From the human T2T-CHM13v2.0 reference genome, Homo sapiens, in the NCBI RefSeq assembly GCF_009914755.1, contig NC_060948.1: a stretch of DNA of 64,000 bases; one strand, 5' to 3'. The notes beneath the pieces are model-generated. The model was not told the origin of the DNA. It saw only the letters and a list, made by a program, of their open reading frames with translations, and ran no database searches. Position numbers and translations under genes: made by a program. Shown here in pieces: positions 15,001-33,207 of the stretch (the first letter of the stretch is position 1; every line of letters begins with the position of its first letter).

Positions 15001-17659
15001 GAAGTGAATGGACTCCAATGGAATGGATTCAAAAGGAATGGAATCGTACGGAATGGAATCTAATGGAATGGAATTAAATGGAAATGAATCAAATTGAATA
15101 GCACGGAATTGAATTGAATGGAATCGAATGCAATGGAATCTAATGAAACGGAAAGGAAAGGAATGCAATGGAATGGAATGGGCTGGAATGGAAAGGAATC
15201 GAAACGAATGGAATGGAATCGAACTGAAGAGACTGGAATGGAATGCACTGGAATGGAAGGGAGTGTAATGGAAGGTTCTCGAAAAAAATGGAATCGAATG
15301 GAATGGAATTGAATGGAACGGAATAGAGTCGAATGGAATTGAATGGAATGGAATGGACTAGAGTGAAATGGAATCGAACCACAAGGAATGGAGAGGAATA
15401 GAATGGTCTCGAATTGAATGGAATCGTATGGAATGGCATCAAACGGAATGGAATGGACAGCCACGGAATGGAATGCACTCGAATGCAATGGAGTCGAAAC
15501 TAATGGACTGGAATAGAATGGACTCGACTGGTACGGACTCCTATGGAAGGGAAAAGAATGGAAGGGAATCGAACGGAATGGACTCGAAGGGAAAAGACTG
15601 CAATGGAAAGGTCTCGAATGGAATGGAAATTAATGGAATGGAATGGAATCGAATGAAATGGAGTCAAAAGGAATGGAATCGAATGGCAAGAAATCGAATG
15701 TAATGGAATCGCAAGGAATTGATGTGAACGGAACGGAATGGAATGGAATCCAAAGGAATGGAATAGAATGGAATGGAATCGAATGGAAAGGACTCGAATG
15801 GAAATCACTGGAATAGAATGCAATTTAATAATATAGGATCAAATGTAATGGAATGGAATGGAAAGGAATCGAAACGAAAGGAATGGAGACAGATGGAATG
15901 GAATAGAACAGAGAGCAATGGTATAGAACGGAATGGAATCATCTGGAATGGAATTGAATGGAATGGAATAATATGAAATGGAATGGAATGGAATGGAATG
16001 GAATGCCCTTGAATTAAATGGACTGGAATGGAATGGACTCGAACAGAGTGGAATGGAAAGTGTTGAGATAGAATGGAATGGACTCGTTTGGAATGGTCTA
16101 GTATGCAATGCAATCGACTGGTAGGGAATCAAAAGGAATGTAATCGAATGGATTGGACTGGAATGCAATGGACTCGAATAGATTGCAAACGGAATGCAAA
16201 GGAATGGAATGGAATAGTATGGAATGGAATGGAAAGGAATGGAGTGGAATAGACTAGAGTGGAATGGAATGGACTGGAAAGCAATGGACTGGAATGGAAC
16301 TTTCTTGAATGGACTGGAATCAAACGGAATGGAATGCAATGCAATCAAATGGCATGGAATAAAATAGAATGAAAGAGAATCAAATGGAATTGAATCGAAT
16401 GGAATCGAATGGATTGGAAAGGAATAGAATGGAATGGAATGGAATGGACTAGAATGGAATGGATTCGAATGGAAGGCAAAGGAATGGAATCTATTGGAAT
16501 GGACTGTAATGGAATGGAATGGAAGGGATTGGAATGGACTCGAATGGAATGGACTGCAATAGAAAGGATTCGAATGGAATGAAAAAGAATTGAATGGAAT
16601 AGAACAGAATGGAATCAAATCGAATGAAATGGAATGGAATAGAAAGGAATGGAATGAAATGGAATGGAAAGGATTCGAATGGAATGCAATCGAATGGAAT
16701 GGAATCGAACGGAATGGAATAAAATGGAAGAAAACTGGCAAGAAATGGAATCGAAATGAATGGAGTGTTATGGAACGGACTCAAAAGGAATTGAATGTAA
16801 TAGAATGGAGTGGAGTGGACTCGAATATAATGGACTGGAATGGAATGAAATCACATGGAATGGGAACGAATGGAATGGAATGGAAAGGAATGGAATCGAA
16901 TGGAAAGGAATCGAATGGAAGGGAATGAAATTGAATCAACAGGAATGGAAGGGAATAGAATAGACGGTAATGGAATGGACTCGAATAGAATGGACACGAA
17001 TGCTCAAATTGAATGGACTCGAATGGAATGGAAACGAAAGGAATGTCATCGAATGGAATTGAATCGATTGGAATGAAATCGCATAGAATGGAGTGGAATC
17101 AAATGGAATTGAATCGAAAGGAAAGGAAGCGAATGGACTGAAATGAAATGGAATGGAATTGAATGGAAAGTAATGCAATGGAATAGAATGGAACGAAATT
17201 TCACGGAATGGAATCAAACTGAATGGAATCAAATCAATGGAATCCAATCAAATGGAATGGAGTAGATTGGATTGGATGGGATTGGAATGAAATGTACTGG
17301 AAAGGACTCGAATTTCATGAAACGGAATGGAATGAATTGGAACGGAATGGACTCGAATGGAATGGAATGTCATAGAATGGCATCAAATGGAATGGCATCA
17401 AATGGAATGGAATCGAATGCAATGGAATGCTATGGAATGGAATGGAATGCATTGGAATGGAATGTCCTCTAATGGAATGGATTCGAGTGGAATGGAATCG
17501 AATATAATGGAGTCGAATGAAATGGAATTGAAAGGAATGGGATCGAATACAATGGAATATACTGGAATGTAATGTAATGAACTCGAATGTAATTGACTGG
17601 AATGGAATGTACATGAATGGAATGTAATCGAATGGAAAGTAATCCAATGGAATAGAATC
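1..17659 (+). repeat. DYZ1: DYZ1 / HSat3 (satellite III) tandem array, ~5 units of 3.55-3.57 kb, GGAAT strand on +
   Basis: Seen: degenerate (GGAAT)n pentamers with landmarks recurring once per unit. The HaeIII site in ACAGGCCTGG is at 381, 3930, 7499, 11046 and 14615 (periods 3549, 3569, 3547, 3569), and an EcoRI site in GGAATTCATT lies just upstream of each (first at 342). Established: DYZ1 is the ~3.5-kb HaeIII/EcoRI-defined pentameric male-specific repeat, and adjacency to DYZ2 is characteristic of Yq12. Confidence 0.96.
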
Positions 17660-18314
17660 ATATATGATATATAATATATGTATAATATTGTTTTACATCC
17701 TGCATCTTATGTTATATATATTGTATAAAATATAATAATTGATTATATATACTTTTATAACATAATTTACATAAAATATCATAATATAATATATATTATA
17801 TTATTTCATATTACATAATATATATTACATATCACCCAATATAAGTAACATACATAATATTATAATATAGATTATATTATGTTATATTAAATATCATATA
17901 TATTATGTATCATATATTCTATAATATATATTATACATTATATAATATGTATGTTGTCTATTATGTGATATATATAACTATACATATAATTATATTATTA
18001 TACGTATAACTAGATAAACATGTAATTCTACATATTTTCATTTATAATATATAGAATTATATAATCATATATAATTATGTATATTCTATAAAAAATTATA
18101 TCATTATATAAATTATAATATATAAAAATTATAATATGTACTACAAATATATATATTATATATCATATATGATATAGTACCTTTGTTATATATCATAATA
18201 CATATAAATGTGTATTATGTTATCTATAATTATATAATTTCATATATAAGATGTATAATATGTGTCATATATTATATATGTTATGTAATATATATAGTAT
18301 ATATAAGATGACAC

Positions 18315-18324
18315 AGGATAAATA

Positions 18325-18326
<2 letters not shown>
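18315..18326 (+). repeat. Target-site duplication of the AluY, left copy (AGGATAAATATT)
   Basis: An identical 12-mer lies at 18603-18614. The empty site in other units reads GACACAGGATAAATATTATATACTATGAC. The terminal TT is also compatible with Alu sequence, so the TSD could be 10-12 bp. Confidence 0.93.
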
Positions 18327-18619
<293 letters not shown>

Positions 18620-18697
18620 CTATGACATATAAAATATATGAGGTTATATGTTACATATAAGGCATAGCACATAACATGTAATATATATCATATATAA

Positions 18698-18988
<291 letters not shown>

Positions 18989-19560
18989 AGATCCACATTT
19001 TTTAAATGAAAAAAAATTTCAAAGGTACTCTGCTTGGTACAATAATCAAATGTATAAACTGAGGAATAAAACATAACCATGAAACCTACTTATAACTGCA
19101 TATGGAAAATACAGAGGATAATTTTTTAAATAACATATTTTGAAAGCCTTAACTAGTAATTTGAAGAGTTGGCATTTGAAAGGCCAGTATGAATATACCT
19201 TCAAAGCAGCAACACAGGTTCCCCATGAGGAAAAGCAAACTCAGGGAAAATAAAACCACAAAGGTTCAATCTCTTCTGACCTTTGAAAGACACAGCACAG
19301 ACAGTGGTCCTTAGGACGAAGAGCAGGAGACCCCTAATTCCGTCACCATGGCGATAGGGCATAAACATTGCTGGGTGAGGGCACAATCCACATTGTGAGG
19401 TCCAACTGCTGCCAGGAAGACAGGTGTGCTTTTACATAGACCGAAAGGTCATTGAAGGCTCAGAGTTTTGTTTCAAGAACTGAATCCCAAGCCCACACGT
19501 TATTAGGCTGCGCTTCTTAAAACATGTTATGAGATGGGAAAAAGGGCACCCACAAACATA
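18989..19560. repeat. HSATI-like moderately complex segment of the DYZ2 unit (first copy; repeated after every Alu)
   Basis: Seen: ~570 bp of non-simple sequence between the Alu and the AT-rich tract, nearly identical in all 19 units. The name comes from the known tripartite DYZ2 structure; boundaries are approximate. Confidence 0.75.
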
Positions 19561-21405
<1,845 letters not shown>

Positions 21406-23511
21406 AGATCCATATTTTTTAAATGAAAAAAAATTTCAAAGGTACTCTGCTTGGTACAATAATCAAATGTATAAACTGAGGAATAAAACATAACCATGAA
21501 ACCTACTTATAACTGCATATGGAAAATACAGAGGATAATTTTTTAAATAACATATTTTGAAAGCCTTAACTAGTAATTTGAAGAGTTGGCATTTGAAAGG
21601 CCAGTATGAATATACCTTCAAAGCAGCAACACAGGTTCCCCATGAGAAAAAGCAAACACAGGGAAAATAAAAACACAAAGGTTCAATCTCTTCTGACCTT
21701 TGAAAGACACAGCACAGACAGTGGTCCTTAGGACGAAGAGCAGGAGACCCCTAATTCCGTCACCATGGCGATAGGGCATAAACATTGCTGGATGAGGGCA
21801 CAATCCACATTGTGAGGTCCAACTGCTGCCAGGAAGACAGGAGTGCTTTTACATAGACCGAAAGGTCATTGAAGGCTCAGAGTTTTGTTTCAAGAACTGA
21901 ATCCCAAGCCCACACGATATTAGGCTGCGCTTCTTAAAACAAGTTATGAGATGGGAAAAAGGGCACCCACAAACATATGTATACATTATGTATATAATAA
22001 TATACAGTATCATATATATAATATATATAACCTATGTATAATATTGTTTTACATCCTGCATCTTATGTTATATATATTGTATAAAATATAATAATTGATA
22101 ATATATAAGTTTTATATTTATACAATATGACATATAGTATATATTATAATTTATGACATATATAATATATGTTATATATCATATATGGAATATATTATAC
22201 GGTTAATATACGTATTAAATATAAATTATACATTATATATATTATATATGATATATCTGTTATATATAATACCCATTATGCATAATATATATATTATGTC
22301 TACGTTATATATAGTATAAAACAACATATAATAATATATAATTGTATATATAAAATGCGACATATAACATATATTATATTTTATGACATATGTAATATAT
22401 ATTATATATTATATATAATACGTTGTATGTATAATACCTATATTAAATATATATTATATGACTATGTTATTAATTACATGTCACATATGTTATATATTAT
22501 ATATTTTACATAGAATATACCGGTTACATACAATATATACTATGTTACCTATAATGTATAATTGATTACATGTAAAATAAAGAATGCAATATATTATGTA
22601 TAATTTATAGTATACAATATGTGGAATGTGATATATATAACATATAACATATGATATATGATATACAGTATATGATATATAACATACAATATATGATATC
22701 CAATATATATGGTATACAATATATATTTTATGTTATGTATTCTATATGTTTTATATTCTGTTATATATAACTATTTGAAATTATATATAACTGTATAATA
22801 TTTTATGTAAATATGTAATATAATATATATAACTATAAAATATATTATATATAACTATATATTATGTTATATATACTTTTATAACATAATTTACATAAAA
22901 TATCATAATATAATATATATTATATTATTTCACATTACATAATATATATTACATATCACCCAATATAAGTAACATACATAATATTATAATATAGATTATA
23001 TTATGTTATATTAAATATCATATATATCATGTATCATATATTCTATAATATATATTATACATTATATAATATGTATGTTGTCCATTATGTGATATATATT
23101 ACTATATATATAATTATATTATTATACATATAACTAGATAAACATGTAATTCTACATATTTTCATTTATAATATATAGAATTATTATATTCATATATAAT
23201 TATTTATATTCTATAAAAAATTATATCATTATATAAATTATAATATATAAAAATTATAAGATGTACTACCAGTATATATATTATATATCATATATGATAT
23301 AGTACCTTTGTTATATATCATAATACATATAAATGTGTATTATGTTATCTATAATTTTATAATTTCATATATAAGGTGTATAATATGTATTATATATTGT
23401 CTATGTTATGTAATATATATAGTATATATAAGCTGACACAGGATAAATATTATATACTATGACATATAAAATATATGAGGTTATATGTTACATATAAGGC
23501 GTAGCACATAA

Positions 23512-23826
<315 letters not shown>

Positions 23827-25931
23827 AGATCCATATTTTTTAAATGAAGAAAAATTTCAAAGTTACTCTGCTTAGTACAATAATCAAACGTATAAACTGA
23901 GGAACAAAACATAACCATGAAACCTACTTATAACTGCATATGGAAAATACAGAGGATAACTTTTTAAATAACATATTTTGAAAGGCTTAACTAGTAATTT
24001 GAAGAGTTGGCATTTGAAAGGCCAGTATGAATATACCTTCAAAGCAGCAACACAGGTTCCCCATGAGAAAAAGCAAACTCAGGGAAAATAAAACCACAAA
24101 GGTTCAATCTCTTCTGACCTTTGAAAGACACAGCACAGACAGTGGTCCTTAGGACTAAGAGCAGGAGACCCCTAATTCCGTCACCATGGCGATAGGGCAT
24201 AAACATTGCTGGGTGAGGGCACAATCCACATTGTGAGGTCCAACTGCTGCCAGGAAGACAGGAGTGCTTTTACATAGACCGAAAGGTCATTGAAGGCTCA
24301 GAGTTTTGTTTCAAGAACTGAATCCCAAACCCACACGTTATTAGGCTGCGATTCTTAAAACAAGTTATGAGATGGGAAAAAGGGCACCCACAAACATACG
24401 TATACATTATGTATATAATAATATACAGTATCATATATATAATATATATAATCTATGTATAATATTGTTTTACATCCTGCATCTTATATTATATATATTG
24501 TATAAAATATAATAATTGATAATATATAAGTTTTATATTTATACAATAAGACATATAGTATATATTATAATTTATGACATATATAATATATGTTATATAT
24601 CATATATAGAATATATTATACGGTTAATATACGTATTAAATATAAATTATACATTATATATATTATATATAATATATCTGTTATATATAATACCCATTAT
24701 GCATAATATATATATTATGTCTATGTTATATATAGTATAAAACAACATATAATAATATATAATTGTATATAGAAAACGCGACATATAATATATATTATAT
24801 TTTATGACATATGTAATATATATTATATATTATATAAAATACGTTGTATGTATAATACCTATATTAAATATATATTATATGACTATGTTATTAATTACAT
24901 GTCACATATGTTATATATTATATATTTTACATAGAATATACCGGTTACATACAATATATACTATGTTACCTATAATGTATAATTGATTACATGTAAAATA
25001 AAGAATGCAATATATTACGTATAATTTATAATATACAATATGTGGAATGTGATATATATAACATATAATATATGATATATGATATACAGTATATGATAAT
25101 TAACATACAATATATGATACCTAATATATATGGTATACAATATATATTTTATGATATGTATTCTATATGTTTTATATTCTGTCATATATAACTATTTGAA
25201 ATTATATATAACTGTATAATATTTTATGTAAATATGTAATATAATATATATAACTATATAATATATTATATATAACTATATATTATGTTATATATACTTT
25301 TATAACATAATTTACATAAAATATCATAATATAATATATATTATATTATTTCATATTACATAATATATATTACATATCACCCAATATAACTAACATACAT
25401 AATATTATAATATAGATTATATTATGTTATATTAAATATCATATATATCATGTATCATATATTCTATAATATATATTACACATTATATAATATGTATGAT
25501 GTCTATTATGTGATATATATAACTATATATATAATTATATTTTTATACATATAACTAGATAAACACGTAATTCTACATATTTTCATTTATAATATGTAGA
25601 ATTATATAATCATATATAATTATTTATATTCTATAAAAAATTTTATCATTATATAAATTATAATATATAAAAATTATAATATGTACTACAAATATATATA
25701 TTATATATCATATATGATATAGTACCTTTGTTATATATCATAATACATATAAATGTGTATTATGTCATCTATAATTATATAATTTCATATATAAGACGTA
25801 TAATATGTATCATATATTATATATGTTATGTAATATATATAGTATATATAAGATGACACAGGATAAATATTATATACTATGACATATAAAGTATATGAGG
25901 TTATATGTTACATATAAGGCATAGCACATAA

Positions 25932-26246
<315 letters not shown>

Positions 26247-28376
26247 AGATCCATATTTTTTAAATGAAAAAAAATTTCAAAGGTACTCTGCTTGGTACAA
26301 TAATCAAATGTATAAACTGAGGAATAAAACATAACCATGAAACCTACTTATAACTACATATGGAAAATACAGAGGATAATTTTTTAAATAACATATTTTG
26401 AAAGCCTTAACTAGTAATTTGAAGAGTTGGCATTTGAAAGGCCAGTATGAATATACCTTCAAAGCAGCAACACAGGTTCCCCATGAGAAAAAGCAAACAC
26501 AGGGAAAATAAAAACACAAAGGTTCAATCTCTTCTGACCTTTGAAAGACACAGCACAGACAGTGGTCCTTAGGACGAAGAGCAGGAGACCCCTAATTCCG
26601 TCACCATGGCGATAGGGCATAAACATTGCTGGGTGAGGGCACAATCCACATTGTGAGGTCCAACTGCTGCCAGGAAGACAGGAGTGCTTTTACATAGACC
26701 GAAAGGTCATTGAAGGCTCAGAGTTTTGTTTCAAGAACTGAATCCCAAGCCCACACGTTATTAGGCTGCGCTTCTTAAAACAAGTTATGAGATGGGAAAA
26801 AGGGCACCCACAAACATACGTATACATTATGTATATAATAATATACAGTATCATATATATAATATATATAACCTATGTATAATATTGTTTTACATCCTGC
26901 ATCTTATGTTATATATATTGTATAAAATATAATAATTGATAATATATAAGTTTTATAATTATACAATATGACATATAGTATATATTATAATTTATGACAT
27001 ATATAATATATGTTATATGTCATATATAGAATATATTATACGGTTAATATACGTATTAAATATAAATTATACATTATATATATTATATATAATATATCTG
27101 TTATGTATAATGCCCATTATGCATAATATATATATTATGTCTATGTTATATATAGTATAAAACAACATATAATAATATATAATTGTATATATAAAATGCG
27201 ACATATAATATATATTATATTTTATAACATATGTAATATATATTATATATTATATATAATACGTTGTATGTATAATACCTATATTAAATATATATTATAT
27301 GAATATGTTATTAATTACATGTCACATGTGTTATATATTATATATTTTACATAGAATATACCGGTTACATACAATATATACTATGTTACCTATAATGAAT
27401 AATTTATTACATGTAAAATAAAGAATGCAATATATTATGTATAATTTATAATATACCATATGTGGAATGTGATATATATAACATATAATATATGATATAT
27501 GATATACAGTATATGATATATAACATACAATATATGATTCCTAATATATATGGTATACAATATATATTTTATGATATGTATTCTATATGTTTTATATTCT
27601 GTTATATATAACTATTTGAAATTATATATAACTGTATAATATTTTATGTAAATATGTAATATAATATATATAACTATACAATATATTATATATAACTATA
27701 TATTATGTTATATATACTTTTATAACATAATTTACATAAAATATCATAATATAGTATATATTATATTATTTCATATTACATAATATATATTACATATCAC
27801 CGAATATAACTAACATACATAATATTATAATATAGATTATATTGTGTTATATTAAATATCATATATATCATGTATCATATATTCTATAATATATATTACA
27901 CATTATATAATATGTATGTTGTCTATTATGTGATATATATAACTATATATATAATTATATTTTTATACATATAACTAGATAAACATGTAATTCTACATAT
28001 TTTCATTTATAATATGTAGAATTATATAATCATATATAATTATTTATATTCTATAAAAAATTTTATCATTATATAAATTATAATATATAAAAATTATAAT
28101 ATGTACTACAAATATATATATATTATATATCATATATGATATAGTACCTTTGTTATATATCATAATACATATAAATGTGTATTATGTTATCTATAATTAT
28201 ATAATTTCATATATAAGATGTATAATATGTATCATATATTATATATGTTATGTAATATATATAGTATATATAAGATGACACAGGATAAATATTATATACT
28301 ATGACATATAAAATATATGAGGTTATATGTTACATATAAGGCATAGCACATAACATGTAATATATATCATATATAA

Positions 28377-28667
28377 TTTTTTTTAGACAGAATCTTGTCC
28401 TGTTGCACAGGGTGGGGTACAATGGCGCCATCTTTGATCACTGCAACTTCTGCCTCACGGGTCCAAGCGATTGTCCTCCCTCAGCCTCCCAGGTAGCTGG
28501 GACTACACCACACTGGGACTACACCAGCTGCCACCATGCCTAGCTAATTTTTTGGATTTTTAGTAGTGACAGCGTTTCACTGTATTGGCCAGGATGGTCT
28601 TGATCTCTTCACCTTGTGATCCCCTTGCCTTGGCCTCCAAATTTGCTGGGATTACAGGCCTGAGCCA
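28377..28667 (-). mobile_element. Diverged Alu, DYZ2 unit 5
   Basis: Same antisense Alu as 18698-18988. Confidence 0.9.
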
Positions 28668-30768
28668 AGATCCATATTTTTTAAATGAAAAAAAATTTCA
28701 AAGGTACTCTGCTTGGTACAATAATCAAATGTATAAACTGAGGAATAAAACATAACCATGAAACCTACTTATAACTGCATATGGAAAATACAGAGGATAA
28801 TTTTTTAAATAACATATTTTGAAAGCCTTAACTAGTAATTTGAAGAGTTGGCATTTGAAAGGCCAGTATGAATATACCTTCAAAGCAGCAACACAGGTTC
28901 CCCATGAGAAAAAGCAAACACAGGGAAAACAAAAACACAAAGGTTCAATCTCCTCTGACCTTTGAAAGACACAGCACAGACAGTGGTCCTTAGGACGAAG
29001 AGCAGGAGACCCCTAATTCCGTCACCATGGCGATAGGGCATAAACATTGCTGGGTGAGGGCACAATCCACATTGTGAGGTCCAACTGCTGCCAGGAAGAC
29101 AGGAGTGCTTTTACATAGACCGAAAGGTCATTGAAGGCTCAGAGTTTTGTTTCAAGAACTGAATCCCAAGCCCACACGTTATTAGGCTGCGCTTCTTAAA
29201 ACAAGTTATGAGATGGGAAAAAGGGCACCCACAAACATACGTATACATTATGTATATAATAATATACAGTATCATATATATAATATATATAACCTATGTA
29301 TAATATTGTTTTACATCCTGCATCTTATGTTATATATATTGTATAAAATATAATAATTGATAAAATATAAGTTTTATAATTATACAATATGACATATAGT
29401 ATATATTATAATTTATGACATATATAATATATGTTATACATCATATATAGAATATATTATACGGTTAATATACGTGTTAAATATAAATTATACATTATAT
29501 ATATTATATATAATATATCTGTTATATATAATACCCATTATGAATAATATATATATTATGTCTATGTTATATATAGTATAAAACCACATATAATAATATA
29601 TAATTGTATATATAAAATGCGACATATAATATATATTATATTTTATAACATATGTAATATATATTATATATTATATATAATACGTTGTATGTATAATACC
29701 TATATTAAATATATATTATATGACTATGTTATTAATTACATGTCACATGTGTTATATATTATATATTTTACATAGAATATACCGGTTACATACAATATAT
29801 ACTATGTTACCTATAATGTATAATTTATTACATGTAAAATAAAGAATGCAATATATTATGTAAAATTTATAATATACAATATGTGGAATGTGATATATAT
29901 AACATATAATATATGATATATGATGTACAGTATATGATATATAACATACAATATATGATTCCTAATATATATGGTATACAATATATATTTTATGATATGT
30001 ATTCTATATGTTTTATATTCTGTTATATATAACTATTTGAAATTATATATAACTGTATAATATTTTATGTAAATATGTAATATAATATATATAACTATAT
30101 AATATATTATATATAACTATATATTATGTTATATATACTTTTATAACATAATTTACATAAAATATCATAATATAATATATATTATATTATTTCATATTAC
30201 ATAATATATATTACATATCACCCAATATAACTAACATACATAATATTATAATATAGATTATATTATGTTATATTAAATATCATATATATCATGTATCATA
30301 TATTCTATAATATATATTACACATTATATAATATGTATGTTGTCTATTATGTGATATATATAACTATATATATAATTATATTTTTATACATATAACTAGA
30401 TAAACTTGTAATTCTACATATTTTCATTTATAATATGTAGAATTATATAATCATATATAATTATATTCTATAAAAAATTTTATCATTATATAAATTATAA
30501 TATATAAAAATTATAATATGTACTACAAATATATATATTATATATCATATATGATATAGTACCTTTGTTATATATCATAATACATATAAATGTGTATTAT
30601 GTTATCTATAATTATATAATTTCATATATAAGATGTATAATATGTATCATATATTATATATGTTATGTAATATATATAGTATATATAAGATGACACAGGA
30701 TAAATATTATATACTATGACATATAAAATATATGAGGTTATATGTTACATATAAGGCATAGCACATAA

Positions 30769-31083
<315 letters not shown>

Positions 31084-33207
31084 AGATCCATATTTTTTAA
31101 ATGAAAAAAAATTTCAAAGGTACTCTGCTTGGTACAATAATCAAATGTATAAACTGAGGAATAAAACATAACCATGAAACCTACTTATAACTGCATATGG
31201 AAAATACAGAGGATAATTTTTTAAATAACATATTTTGAAAGCCTTAACTAGTAATTTGAAGAGTTGGCATTTGAAAGGCCAGTATGAATATACCTTCAAA
31301 GCAGCAACACAGGTTCCCCATGAGAAAAAGCAAACACAGGGAAAACAAAAACACAAAGGTTCAATCTCTTCTGACCTTTGAAAGACACAGCACAGACAGT
31401 GGTCCTTAGGACGAAGAGCAGGAGACCCCTAATTCCGTCACCATGGCGATAGGGCATAAACATTGCTGGGTGAGGGCACAATCCACATTGTGAGGTCCAA
31501 CTGCTGCCAGGAAGACAGGAGTGCTTTTACATAGACCGAAAGGTCATTGAAGGCTCAGAGTTTTCTTTCAAGAACTGAATCCCAAGCCCACACGTTATTA
31601 GGCTGCGCTTCTTAAAACAAGTTATGAGATGGGAAAAAGGGCACCCACAAACATACGTATACATTATGTATATAATAATATACAGTATCATATATATAAT
31701 ATATATAACCTATGTATAATATTGTTTTACATCCTGCATCTTATGTTATATATATTGTATAAAATATAATAATTGATAATATATAAGTTTTATAATTATA
31801 CAATATGACATATAGTATATATTATAATTTATGACATATATAATATATGTTATATGTCATATATAGAATATATTATACGGTTAATATACGTATTAAATAT
31901 AAATTATACATTATATATATTATATATAATATATCTGTTATATATAATACCCATTATGAATAATATATATATTATGTCTATGTTATATATAGTATAAAAC
32001 AACATATAATAATATATAATTGTATATATAAAATGCGACATATAATATATATTATATTTTATAACATATGTAATATATATTATATATTATATATAATACG
32101 TTGTATGTATAATACCTATATTAAATATATATTATATGACTATGTTATTAATTACATGTCACATGTGTTATATATTATATATTTTACATAGAATATACCG
32201 GTTACATACAATATATACTATGTTACCTATAATGTATAATTTATTACATGTAAAATAAATAATGCAATATATTATGTATAATTTATAATATACCATATGT
32301 GGAATGTGATATATATAACATATAATATATGATATATGATATACAGTATATGATATATAACATACAATATATGATTCCTAATATATATGGTATACAATAT
32401 ATATTTTATGATATGTATTCTATATGTTTTATATTCTGTTATATATAACTATTTGAAATTATATATAACTGTATAATATTTTATGTAAATATGTAATATA
32501 ATATATATAACTATATAATATATTATATATAACTATATATTATGTTATATATACTTTTATAACATAATTTACATAAAATATCATAATATAATATATATTA
32601 TATTATTTCATATTACATAATATATATTACATATCACCCAATATAACTAACATACATAATAGTATAATATAGATTATATTGTGTTATATTAAATATCATA
32701 TATATCATGTATCATATATTCTATAATATATATTACACATTATATAATATGTATGTTGTCTATTATGTGATATATATAACTATATATATAATTATATTTT
32801 TATACATATAACTAGATAAACTTGTAATTCTACATATTTTCATTTATAATATGTAGAATTATATAATCATATATAATTATATTCTATAAAAAATTTTATC
32901 ATTATATAAATTATAATATATAAAAGTTATAATATGTACTACAAATATATATATTATATATCATATATGATATAGTACCTTTGTTATATATCATAATACA
33001 TATAAATGTGTATTATGTTATCTATAATTATATAATTTCATATATAAGATGTATAATATGTATCATATATTATATATGTTATGTAATATATATAGTATAT
33101 ATAAGATGACACAGGATAAATATTATATACTATGACATATAAAATATATGAGGTTATATGTTACATATAAGGCATAGCACATAACATGTAATATATATCA
33201 TATATAA

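Noticed and set aside
104-17661. Dozens of ORFs up to 318 aa with MEWNG / FHSIP repeats on both strands
   Set aside because: These are the expected translation of (GGAAT)n/(ATTCC)n, which lacks stop codons. They occur in overlapping frames, open and close at random between units, and show no domain or gene structure.
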